From NCBI RefSeq assembly GCF_006345805.1, contig NC_042998.1, positions 46,996,001-47,060,000 on the forward strand: 64,000 nt of DNA, in the 5' to 3' direction. Origin of the DNA: Octopus sinensis (taxonomy: Eukaryota). Positions 1 to 11,789 of the stretch are shown piece by piece; within the stretch, counting starts at the first letter, position 1; each line of letters begins with the position of its first letter. A model generated the notes under the pieces. It was given only the letters and a program-made list of their open reading frames with translations, made no database searches and was not told the DNA's origin. Position numbers and translations under genes: made by a program.

Positions 1-208
1 ACACGCAAATTCTTTCCATTTCAAATCCCATTCTAAATTGACACATATAACTAAATACTCAGAGACTTTGGATCGCAAGCTGCACCCCCACGCACATGCG
101 CACACACACATGTATATATATACCTACATGTATACATATAAAACATATATGGTTGCGTGTGTGTGTCCGTATATATTTGTATACGTACGTGTGTGTGTGT
201 GTATTGTG

Positions 209-290
<82 letters not shown>

Positions 291-1217
291 CACATAAATG
301 TATGTATGCATTTATGGATGAATATATATGCATATTACATATGTGTGTGTATGTGTTCGTGTGTGTGTGCGTGTGCGCCGCACATATATAATGTTGTTGA
401 AATCGTTTAATCCCTACGGGCGACATAAGTTAAATCTGTACAACAATGTATGTGGTCCCGCAAGGCACTAAGTAGGTCAATGCAAGATGCAGAAATCCGG
501 TCACAGGCAGAGTATTCTCTGATGGGACAAATGGCGCTGTGTTGGTCACTTTGCCCTGCTTTTTAACGTTCTCTCCCATGCTGTGACACATATAACTAAA
601 TAGTCAATAGTGTAAGGCTTCATCACTGACAATACTTTTCCTTATTTCTCACTTATTTGCTAATTGTAAATGCCAAAATTGTTCATGTTTCCTTTAAGTA
701 AGTGCGTTTTACGATTCTCATGCGCTTTTCATTTATGCAGCAATGAGTAAAACAGTTAATTGTATGGGTAATTGAAGAGCCACTTTTCGCACGATAATTA
801 TCTAATGGCCGCCCATCGAATCTGATTTTGCGCACTCAGACTTTCATAAAATCTCTGTGTGCGTATGTGAATGTATGTTTGTGTATGTGTGTGTATTTCT
901 CTTCTGTTTTTTTTTTTAATGATTTAAATTCTTCTTGTGAAAAGGTAGCTGATTTCAAACAAAGATACAAAGACCCATCTTTGGAATGTGGATAAGGAAA
1001 ACAATATCATATTTTAAACCTGAGAAAAGTCTTGCACAGTTTTACTGTTCTGTTAACAGATTGTATTTGTAATGTGCGAATCAGTTGGTTGATTTCTTTT
1101 TCTGACAATCCAAGCTTATACAGACTGACAGTAAGGCATTTACTTACAAAACCAAATATTCCAATTGTTACTGGTATAAATGTAAATTTTTAATACGGGA
1201 TAGAAGCTGGTGTTTCG

Positions 1218-1680
1218 ATGTATGTATGTATGTATGTATTTTATTCCTTCTTCGCTTGGTTTCGCTAACGAAGATTAAGAAGGGGATGGGGCCCACATTG
1301 TCTGCTGGTACGCTCGTAGCTGACAAGGCCAATGCGGCACAAGCAGGCACGTCCGCACTGGCTGCAGTTGAAGGAGGTCAAGTCAGGATTTGATGGCGTA
1401 GTGTTGCAGTTTTTCCTCCTGCACCATTTGTCCATGAGAGTTGTCCTGCGTGTGTTTTCAAAGGAGGAGACAGCATGGTTGATGCCGAGATGCCAGGTAT
1501 CCACGGCTAGGTTGGACCAGTGGCGAAATTCGACGTGGCAAACACCAAGGGATGTTTACAAATTGTCCTTGTATCGCCTCTTTGATACTTTTCTGTCGAA
1601 ATGGTCTGTAGAGCCAGCGGTGCAGGTGATGAGCTTTTATCATGGAGACAAAACCTGCCTAGCAACTAAGCTCTTCTAGG
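1218..1680 (-). mobile_element. RTE-clade non-LTR retrotransposon, 3' fragment (decayed)
   Basis: Minus-strand translation ...WHLGINHAVSSFENTRR...FNCSQCGRACLCRIGLVSYER matches the RTE C-terminus (F.CS.C.R.CLSRIGL.SH). An upstream KRRYKDNL-like stretch is present, and the element ends in a (TACA)n tail at ~1218-1238. Confidence 0.8.
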
Positions 1681-2264
1681 TCGTTTTCCATTATGGCCCA
1701 TTAATGTTGTAATTTTAATTAACTAAGATTTCTTGCAGTAGAACATCAACTATTATAGCGCCCACGTCAGCTGCGGTTCACGTCAAATAATGTGACGGCA
1801 GTAGAGAATTTGACGATAGCCTAAAGCGCCTACACACAACGCATAATATACCGACATACATAACGTTCATGAGCTTATTGATAAAAGAGACGATAAAAGT
1901 GATTATTAAGCGAAGGAGAATGTCATAAAAGATAGTGATGATGACAACCGCAACTATTACAAGAACGATGATGACGAAAATAGGGATGAAGCGGGGGAGG
2001 AAGAGGAGAATTTATTTCATTGAAATTAACTAGCTGATAACACGCGAGACAGTGATATATTATGCATGTGAGACATAATTCGGAACCTCTATTACCACGA
2101 AAAAATATCACTACATGACTTTATTTGTTATTAAATTGCTTCAGATTAGTTATTTTTTTTTAAATATCCATTATATATTTCCTGTCGAATATTCAACAGA
2201 ATATACTCAATTTCTTGGAAAATACCCCAATGAATCTTACAGAAGAAATCAACGTTTACATAAG

Positions 2265-2595
2265 TGTGGTACATAACCTGATGGTTTCGCGTTCGGTCTC
2301 ACTGCGAGGCGCCTTGGGCAAATGTGTTCTACAATATACCGGGCTGATCAATGCTTTGTGAGTGAATTTAGCAGACAGAAATTGTGTGTGCTTATATGTG
2401 TGTCTTTGTGTTTGTGTATGTAGCTGGTAACCACTTGTCAACAAGTGTCGCCTGAATTGCGTGACCGTAACTTAGCAGTTTCACAAAGGGGAACCGATAA
2501 AATAAGTACCTTAAAAAGTAAGTTATTAGGGTCGATTTTTTTCTACGAAATACCACAAGGCGGTGCCCCGGCATGGCCGTATTCCAATAACTAAA
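2265..2595 (+). mobile_element. tRNA-derived SINE (family A), degenerate
   Basis: The degenerate tRNA-like head and body are homologous to the minus-strand copies at 32585-32980 and 58925-59310. It ends in an A-rich tail. Confidence 0.65.
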
Positions 2596-2630
2596 TCAAG
2601 TCAAATAAAAAAAAAAATGAATACATATAT

Positions 2631-2999
2631 GGAAGCACTCCGTCGGTTACGACGACGAGGGTTCCGGTTGATCCGATCAAAGGAACAGCCTGCTCGTGAA
2701 ATTAACGTGTAAGTGGCTGAGCACTCCACAGACACGTGCACCCTTAACGTAGTTCTCGGGGATATTCAGCGTGACACAGAGAGTGACAAGGCCGGCCCTT
2801 TGAAATACAGGTACAACAGAAACAGGAAGTAAGAGTGAGAGAAAGAGTACAGCAGGGATCACCACCATCCCTGCCGGAGCCTCGTGGAGCTTTTAGGTGT
2901 TTTCGCTCAATAAACACTCACAACGCCCGGTCTGGGAATCGAAACCGCGATCCTATGACCGCGAGTCCGCTGCCCTAGCCACTGGGCCATTGCGCCTCC
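2631..2999 (-). mobile_element. tRNA-derived SINE (family B) with 12-bp target-site duplication
   Basis: The minus-strand head GGAGGCGCAATGGCCCAGTGG...GGTTTCGATTCCC has A/B-box-like motifs and shares ~130 bp with 53331-53460. GAATACATATAT flanks it at 2619-2630 and 3003-3014. Confidence 0.85.
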
Positions 3000-3234
3000 T
3001 ACGAATACATATATATTAACTGAGACATCATCGAGCATAGGTTAATTGAAACAGGTTATTTGAGACTGGGAATAGCTGAGACAGAATAAAAAGACGTAGA
3101 TTAGTAACAACAAGCATTTTTAGATAGAGTATTCTATGATAGATGTTAGATAAAAATAATTTCCTATAGTTTAGGCACATGTCTTATAAGACTCATCAAA
3201 GATTGAAGCCATTCATAGTCTCGATCATATATCT

Positions 3235-3468
3235 CGGAATGTAAACACACCCACACCGGCTGTCAAGAGGTGGAGAAGAACAAACACAGACAAACAGACA
3301 CACAGACACACACAGACACACACAGACACACAAATCCATTCAGAAGGCTTTTCTCGGCTGAAAGCTATAGTAGAAGACACTTGCCGAAGATGCCACGTAG
3401 TGGAACTGAACCCCAGGACCATGTGATTGGGAAGCAAGCTTCATACCACACAACCACGCCTGCACCTA
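3235..3468 (-). mobile_element. SINE family A, partial
   Basis: Shares tagaagacacttgcc...gccacgtagtggaactgaaccc with 32860-32960 and 59200-59300. Confidence 0.75.
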
Positions 3469-3504
3469 TGCGTGTGTGTGTATGTGTGAGTGTGAGTGTG
3501 TGTA

Positions 3505-3542
<38 letters not shown>

Positions 3543-3904
3543 AAGAATGTTGACGAGGAGGAGGAATCCAGTTAATTATAATAATTAGCAGTAGTTTTCA
3601 TTGTTGTTGTTGTTGATGTGTAGTTGTGATACCATTGTAGGTGGTGATGGTGTAGAAGAAATACAAATGAAATTCCTTTTAGCATGGATAGGAAGTGAAC
3701 TATATGAGATAACATCGTTAAGATAAACAGCCAAGGCAATAATACTGATGAGCAAGATGGCTGTTGCGATTACATAGTTGATTTTCAATTAATTTTCCTC
3801 TCATAAAACAAATAAATGAATAAATAAATAAATAGAAATAAAACTTGTGCACGTATAAATTGTGCGCAAATACGTTTATATATATATATATATGACCTCG
3901 TGTG

Positions 3905-4095
3905 TACTGTTGGCGATTTTTTTTTCTTCTGTCTTCCCTTCTCTGGATCTTTCCTTCTCCTATGTTTCCGACGAAGATCTCCGCTCAAAACGTTAAACCC
4001 TCCTTCTTTCCATCTTTCCTGAGCGTCCAATAATACTATATTTGTTCCACGTCCTCGCGCTGTTGTGTTTTTGTGCTTTCATGTTTGGATTAACT
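3905..4095 (+). mobile_element. Solo Penelope-type pseudo-LTR remnant with degenerate minimal hammerhead motif (3964-3998)
   Basis: Homologous to 56590-56765. The motif reads GTTT-CCGACGA-A-GATC..GCTC-AAAA-CGTT-AAAC, with core and helix II substitutions. Confidence 0.55.
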
Positions 4096-4143
4096 ATATA
4101 TATATATATATATTATATATATATATATATGTATGTATGTATG

Positions 4144-4203
<60 letters not shown>

Positions 4204-4424
4204 ATGCATATGGGTTTCAAGTTTTGGGACAAGGCCAACAATTTCGGGGGTGGGTGTAAGTCGATTACAACGACTCCAGCACTCAACTGGTACTTACTTT
4301 ATTGATTCTAAAAGGATGAAGGGCAAAGTCGGCTACGATGGTATTTGAACTCAATACCTGTATGTAATAAAATATAAAAACTCTTCTTCGTGTCATTCTC
4401 TGAATACATGTCGTCTGTCTGTCA

Positions 4425-4499
<75 letters not shown>

Positions 4500-4635
4500 A
4501 ACTCTATTTTCTCCTCCACTCTTTATGTATGCATATGTGTGTGTGTGTCTGTGTGTGTGCATGTGTGTGTGTGTGCGTGTGCGTGTGTGTGTGTGTTTGT
4601 CTGTGTGTGCATGTGCGATATATATAGAGAGGGAT

Positions 4636-5120
4636 AAAGCACGAGCTGGCAGAAACGTTAGCACGCCAGGTGTAATATACTTAGCGGTGTTTTGTCTGTC
4701 ATTACGTCCTGTGTTCAAATTCCTCCGGGGTGACTTCGCCTTTCATCCTTTCGGGGTTAATAAATTAAGTACTCGTTGCGCTCTGGGATCGATCTAATCC
4801 ACTGGCCCCTCCCACAAAATTTCGGGCCTTGTGCCTAGCGTAGAAAAGAATCGTTAGCTTGCCGAGCAAAATGCTTAGCGACATTTTGTCCGTCCTTACG
4901 TCCTGAGTTCAAATTCTACGGTAGTCAACTTTTCTTTTTATCCTTTCTGGATCTATAAAATAATTACCAGCTGAGCACTGGAGTCGATGTGAACGACTTA
5001 CCCCCCCCTCTCATTCGATAAAATTACCCTCCCATTCGATAAAACCACACTGGGATAGATCTAATCGTCTTATTTTCCTCTCCCGAAATTTGCTCTCCTT
5101 GTGCCAAAATTTGAAACCAA
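4636..5120 (+). mobile_element. Two tandem copies of SINE family C
   Basis: Carries gagctggcagaaacgttagc...gagttcaaattc...tttcatcctttcggggt...taagtac, the same family as the 11790-14180 cluster. Confidence 0.75.
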
Positions 5121-5489
5121 CATATATAGATAAATATAAATATGTATGTTTTCCATTTGGTTGCACCTGTGGAAATTTCAAACTTTAGTGAAAATTTTAA
5201 AATTTGATGTAATTTTCCACACTGAATCTCCGGAGTTATTTCACTTTTTTACAGAAAAATTTGAAAATAAGTTATAGAGGTTTAAAGTTTAATAATTTTT
5301 TTTTCTCAGTCAGAAAACAAGGTTTGGTAGCTGTCATTTTGTGCGTAACTGCAAGAGTTATCAACATTCTGAAAATAGCACGTGTTTTAATATGAAACTG
5401 AAAGCAAATCAAATTCTGCTACGAACGACATATAACCCTTCATAACTCTTCTATTTTTTGAAATTTTTCAGAAAGCTTTTGGAATTTTC

Positions 5490-5564
5490 AGAAAGCATAT
5501 GGTGTAGTGGCTAAGAGCACGGGCTACCAACCCCAAGATTCCAAATTCGATCCCAAGCAGTGAT

Positions 5565-5634
<70 letters not shown>

Positions 5635-5785
5635 TCGAAAAATACCTTAGGAATGAGAACCCAGGTTCGAAATTTCCCCAAGACACCTGATGAAGGCTGG
5701 AGGGTATATCAACCGAAAAGTTGTGTTAACAACAAACACGATAATGACAAATATCTGTCGAATATAAATAATGTAAATAATGTAG
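5490..5785 (+). mobile_element. tRNA-headed SINE-like element with (AAT)n linker and hammerhead-like 3' tail
   Basis: A-box-like TGGTGTAGTGG, B-box-like AATTCGATCCC and (AAT)n, followed by GACAC-CTGATGA-A-GGCTG..CAACC-GAAA-AGTT-GTGTT at 5682-5727. Confidence 0.65.
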
Positions 5786-6125
5786 CTTTTGCGATTTTGT
5801 ATTATACACATGGGAATTCAGACAATTATGCAAAAACCAGAACAAAAAACATTGGGTGTAGGTGCGTTATATAAGGCCTGTTTAGCACGTCTGACGACTA
5901 CCTCAATGACCGAAAAGGAAAACACAGGTAACACATATTCTATAGTTTTAAGCATTCAATATGCATTTAATGCGATAAACAGCACATTACAATTTAAATA
6001 TTTTTCAAACTAGCAAAATTATAGCACAAACTTCAAAATTTTATCCCAAAACAAAATAGCACATTACAAATTACAAATTAAAAACTTTATCTAAAAATAT
6101 ACATAAAAAAAAATTGTTGACCAGT

Positions 6126-6350
6126 TCATTGAAAACGTAATTTTGAAATGCACTCGAGTAATTTCTGGAATAAATTAGATTTTTCATAATTCCTGCGCCA
6201 TATAAACTCGCAGAGATGAGTGTCAAAGCGTCGTTTATTACCTCGCTTTACAAAAGCCATTTGCAAATAAGAAACCACATCTTCCTGTTTATTGTGTCTC
6301 CATATACACAAGATTACACGACCTGGCTGGCAAACGGCGTCAACATACAT
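6126..6350 (-). mobile_element. Merlin/IS1016-like DDE transposase C-terminal fragment
   Basis: Translation ...RRFDTHLCEFIWRRNYEKSNLFQKLLECISK resembles the Merlin/ISXO2 C-terminal motif (.L.EF.WRR...F..LL..I). No TIRs were identified. Confidence 0.6.
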
Positions 6351-6640
6351 GGTTTTGCGTAGAATATATTTGCCAACACATTTGCTTTCTCCCAGATAAA
6401 AGATTTCTCATGCTTGGATTGCTACTGTGGAAACAAGCATGAATGTGACTGTGGCTCACGATTGGCTAAAATTACCTAAAATGAGCAAATTTTAAAAGCT
6501 ATTAACCACTTATGTATTGATTTATGGCGAAAATGAATTTCATATCAAACGATATCATTACACAAAATATGAAACCAATTGGAATAGAAATTGAAGAAAT
6601 TGAAAAGTGACTACAGAACAGGAAAAATCCATAGATATAA

Positions 6641-6710
<70 letters not shown>

Positions 6711-6863
6711 GAATGGATGGATGGATGGATGATTGGATGGATATATATATATATATTGGTAAAAACTGTAAGATAACAAAAGAAAGAGACCTCAATATTA
6801 TGTAAATAGAGGAAATTTAGAGTTTTATCTTGGCTACCGAATAATTGTCACATATTATTTTAC

Positions 6864-6902
<39 letters not shown>

Positions 6903-6905
6903 TAA

Positions 6906-7001
<96 letters not shown>

Positions 7002-8134
7002 ATGGATGGATGGATAGATAGATAGATTGATAGACAGATAGATAGATAGATAGATTCATTCACGTACACACACGCTCACATAAACCCAAAATAGATAGAT
7101 TGATAGTTTTTAGCATTTTTTTTACGCCATCAATAAATTACAAGCAAAAATCCGAAACTCCCGTAAATAATGGAATGAGGGGAGGCGGAGAAAGAGAACG
7201 AGAAAACGGTAATTTTGTTAGGAAATAAATCATAAAAAGAGAAACTATATAAAGAAAGGAAATTAAGTAAAATAAAATGTGAAATAAAGAAAAAAAAACA
7301 TAACCCAGAAGTAGGTGGAAATAGCAAAAAGAGTAAAATAAAAGGAAGAAAAATTTAGGATGTGGAAGATAGGGAAGGGAAAAGAATCTCTGAATGATAT
7401 ATATATATAGGTCAACTTCATGTTTGACTGTTATATAATCCAACAGAACCTTCGTTGTTTACATAGGTTAAACACTGTAACCAAGTCGAATGCCCACATC
7501 TTGGAGGTTTTTTATTTCACTAGTGTTTTAATTTAATTGTATGACACAAAACACGCTGCTGCCACCGGCAACCTCGACGACAATTTACTGTAGCAACAAC
7601 AGCAGCGCCATCTGTAGCAGCAGAAGCAGCGGTTGTCGACTTAATGCATGTCTTCCCTCTCTTATCTATTGCGTGGGGAGCTTAAAATTCGATTGTTGAC
7701 CGAATATCACCCATTTCAAGCCCACCACTTTTTTTTTTTACCTCATTCTTTCTGTCGCTCCTTTTCTTTCTGTCTTTATTTTCTTCTTATCTCTGTCGTT
7801 CTATCGTCCGTTTTATCGTTTTTCTTACTTTCGTCCTTTTTCCCATTCTCTTTTCGTTTTTCTTTTACTTTTTCTTGTCTCCTACACACACACACATATA
7901 TATATACATACATGCACATGCACATACGCACACACAAACACACACACATACGCGCACACATATACACATACATATATATAATTTACGTACATATATATGT
8001 ATATGTATATATAAATATATATATATGCACACGCACACACACATATATACATACATGCACATACACACACACAAACACACACACACACATACGCACACAC
8101 ACACACACATATACACATACATATATACATACAT

Positions 8135-8200
<66 letters not shown>

Positions 8201-8373
8201 TCATATACCCTATGTCTAAGGCACTATTTTTCCCTCCCATCTCAAGTAATGGGCCGGCCCCTTTCCTATCTAAGCGAGGTTAGAGATAAGAAGAATGTGG
8301 TGTTTGTGCGTGCGATTATGTTTGTCTGTGTTATGTATGTATGTGAGTGTGTGTTTGTATGTGTGTGTGTGTG

Positions 8374-9072
8374 TTCAGCAGGACATAGAATGAATGGAGG
8401 AAAAGAATGGGCAAGTGAGCAAAGACAGGAATTGGCTTACTTCCGGTGGAAGTATCTTTTATCATTTCGCAGAAACACGGTTAAAAGTCTTCAAATGGCA
8501 ACCTTGCTCCGGCGGTTAGAGTACACATAAAGCAAATGACAGCATTTAGATTTGAGATTTTTCTACTGACCCCCTTTTAATATTACTATTACACACGCGC
8601 CCGCACACACATATATATATATACACATGTACATGAATACATATATACGCTTGTATATAAATTTTTGCTTCGTTTCATCGTATTCCACTTAGCTTTGTTT
8701 TGTTTTCATTTCTTACTGTCACGTGATCATTGGTTTCTCGTATTTTATTTTATTTCTTTTTGTCCTCTTTGTCTTGTTTTTTTTTCTTTCTAATACAAAC
8801 AGAATAGATTTCTTGTTTAGTATTGATCCCGTTTCCGGTAAGTTTAGACTAGCGCCCACGTCGTTTGCTCCACTTAGATTATAATGTGGCCCCTGTTCCG
8901 GAATGTCTCCTTCAATAACTTCCAGCACACCAGTCTTGAAACGGTGTCTTTGTGTTGGGCAAAAGTTTAATCGACCCTCTTCTTAATTCTGCTTATCCAG
9001 CTTTCTAAGCAGTTACCCTACATATATATCCGTGCACGCGCCTCTATGTGTGTGTGTGTGTGTGTGTGTGTG

Positions 9073-9126
<54 letters not shown>

Positions 9127-9815
9127 GTGTGTGTGTGTGTGTGTTCAGCAGGACATAGAATGAATGGAGGAAAAGAATGGGCAAGTGAGCAAAGACAGGA
9201 ATTGGCTTACTTCCGGTGGAAGTATCTTTTATCATTTCGCAGAAACACAGTTAAAAGTCTTCAAATGGCAACCTTGCTCCGGCGGTTAGAGTACAAATAA
9301 AGCAAATGACAGCATTTAGATTGAGATTTTTCTACTGACCCCCTTTTAATATTACTATTACACACGCGCCCGCACACACATATATATATATACACATGTA
9401 CATGAATACATATATACGCTTGTATATAAATTTTTGCTTCGTTTCATCGTATTCCACTTAGCTTTGTTTTGTTTTCATTTCTTACTGTCACGTGATCATT
9501 GGTTTCTCGTATTTTATTTTATTTCTTTTTGTCCTCTTTGTCTTGTTTTTTTTTCTTTCTAATACAAACAGAATAGATTTCTTGTTTAGTATTGATCCCG
9601 TTTCCGGTAAGTTTAGACTAGCGCCCACGTCGTTTGCTCCACTTAGATTATAATGTGGCCCCTGTTCCGGAATGTCTCCTTCAATAACTTCCAGCACACC
9701 AGTCTTGAAACGGTGTCTTTGTGTTGGGCAAAAGTTTAATCGACCCTCTTCTTAATTCTGCTTATCCAGCTTTCTAAGCAGTTACCCTACATATATATCC
9801 GTGCACGCGCCTCTA
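8374..9815. repeat. Near-identical tandem duplication, period 769-770 bp, bounded by (GT)n
   Basis: 8374-9046 matches 9144-9815 with only a few substitutions and a single-base indel. Confidence 0.95.
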
Positions 9816-9865
9816 TGTGTGTGTGTGTGTGTGTGTGTGTGAGCGTGTGTGTGTGTGTGTGTGTG

Positions 9866-9900
<35 letters not shown>

Positions 9901-11789
9901 TGTGTGCGTGTGTGTGTGCAGTCGAAGTAGAGTGAAATTCGTGTCATACGCAATATCATGTAATTCTAAGGGATTGGTTTAAACTTTAAAAGCATATTCA
10001 AGAGAAATGTTCTTTATATTACAAGGGATGTCAGTCCAACATGCAGATACTTTAGTTATCTTCTCTTTCTTAGCTGTTGCTGTCCTCATCAATTTTCTTT
10101 CTTCAATGCCTTAGTTAAGAGGAAATATCAGTGCCCATGACCTTTGCTGGCTCACCGAGACTAAGAACAATGAGGCTTATGTTCAACGAGAACATCTACA
10201 TCAGGCCAAACCAAGGGTAGACAGCGAAAAATCCAGAAGGGACACAGAGTATAACAGAAAGAGCGGGCAATGTGGTTATTATGAAACCTGGTGGGCGAGG
10301 TGCGTCTCATTTAGACGTACAACAAATATGAATGCATTTTCTGGGGGATGAGTGGAGTTAGTATGTAACTGTTTAGTTCAGAAGAGCAGAAGTCGATGAA
10401 TAGCGATATAACGGAAGAGTGAAGAGTGAGAGAAAGCATATCTGTGACTCAAAGATTGCCGCATGTTGGTGAATGAGTCATTAAAATACTTTCGATGATA
10501 TTCTTTTGCGTATGAACAATATGTTCACCAAGAAATGTACATATTGTAGGGTTTTAGTTGTTTACTGTCCACAGGTAGAGTAGATGTGGCGCAAAATTAT
10601 TTCTTGTGCATGAGCAATGACAGAGGACATTGTGTTGTGGAAAAAGACTATTTCTGTTGTTCTCTCTTTATTGAAGTTGTGTAGACTTTGGTGTGAGGCA
10701 GCTAGATTGCATATGGATGTTGTTTACCTTTCATCTTTTCGGAGGTCGATAAATTAAGTACCAGCTGCATACTGGTGTAAATCTAATCGACTGGTCCCCT
10801 CCCCACGAATTTCGGGCCTTGTGCCTAGAACAGAAAAGCATATTAAAGATTGCGTGCAATGCGTTATAATCAGTATATGTAAGAGTATGAGGACGTGGAA
10901 TGATGAAGAGAAAAAAGGATGTGGAAGACATATCCAAGCATTGGGCCACAAAAATTGAAAGCAGAGCATAAGTCAGGAAGAGTTCCGGTAGCATATAATG
11001 CAATACTATAATTTTATTAGGAACTTCTAATCCAAGTGATGGTATTTATGTGAACGCCAAACACAAGTAGTTTACCAAGAACGTTCGCGGGTCAGATCCA
11101 CTTAAAGGCGGTACTGACATGAAGTTCAAAATTATTTTCACCGAACTTCTCAAGAGCGGAGGACCTTTAGTGACAGACAACGGATAGCAAGATTCCAGTA
11201 AATTTTATCCTACGGAAGCTAAATTTGTAGGAACTGAGCAAGGTGACGTACGCAATGTGTTGGATTACATACATTGTTAATGACTGTTCTTGCATCTTTG
11301 ATATTTTGGAAGCGAGAATGATAGATCCAGTGTTGGCAGGATCAAAAGGTTGTTCTTCATGACACGCTGTATTATTCATTCAAATATCGAGGACATTTCT
11401 TCAGCCTTTTTATGTCTTAAGATGACAATGTTATTTTAAATATTGCTGGTATTACGTTTTGCTGATGATAATAATGGTGAATAAGTATATTCTTCAACAG
11501 CAACAACTTAGCAACGGTAACAACAGCTTTCGACGGAGTTACTGCTGATAAGGACGCGACTTTGTCTATTCTTGTCTATCATCGTCGTTGTTGTTATGTT
11601 GTTGATGTTGTTGTTGTTGATAAGGCTGTTATTCTTAATGATATAGTAGCTATATCTCAAGATGATTTCATTCAACACGTACAACATACAAATTAGTGAT
11701 GATGATGATGATGATGAGGATGATGATGATGATGTCGTTGATTATAATTTTTTTTGCTGTAAGAAAAGACTGTCTTCCAGTATTTGATC

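Noticed and set aside
7598-7620. CTCF-like GCAGCGCCATCTG
   Set aside because: It is a partial match inside a (CAG)-rich tract, with no supporting context.
11375-11410. CTGAAGA followed by a hairpin on the minus strand
   Set aside because: GAAT replaces GAAA and helix I cannot form, so it is not a hammerhead.
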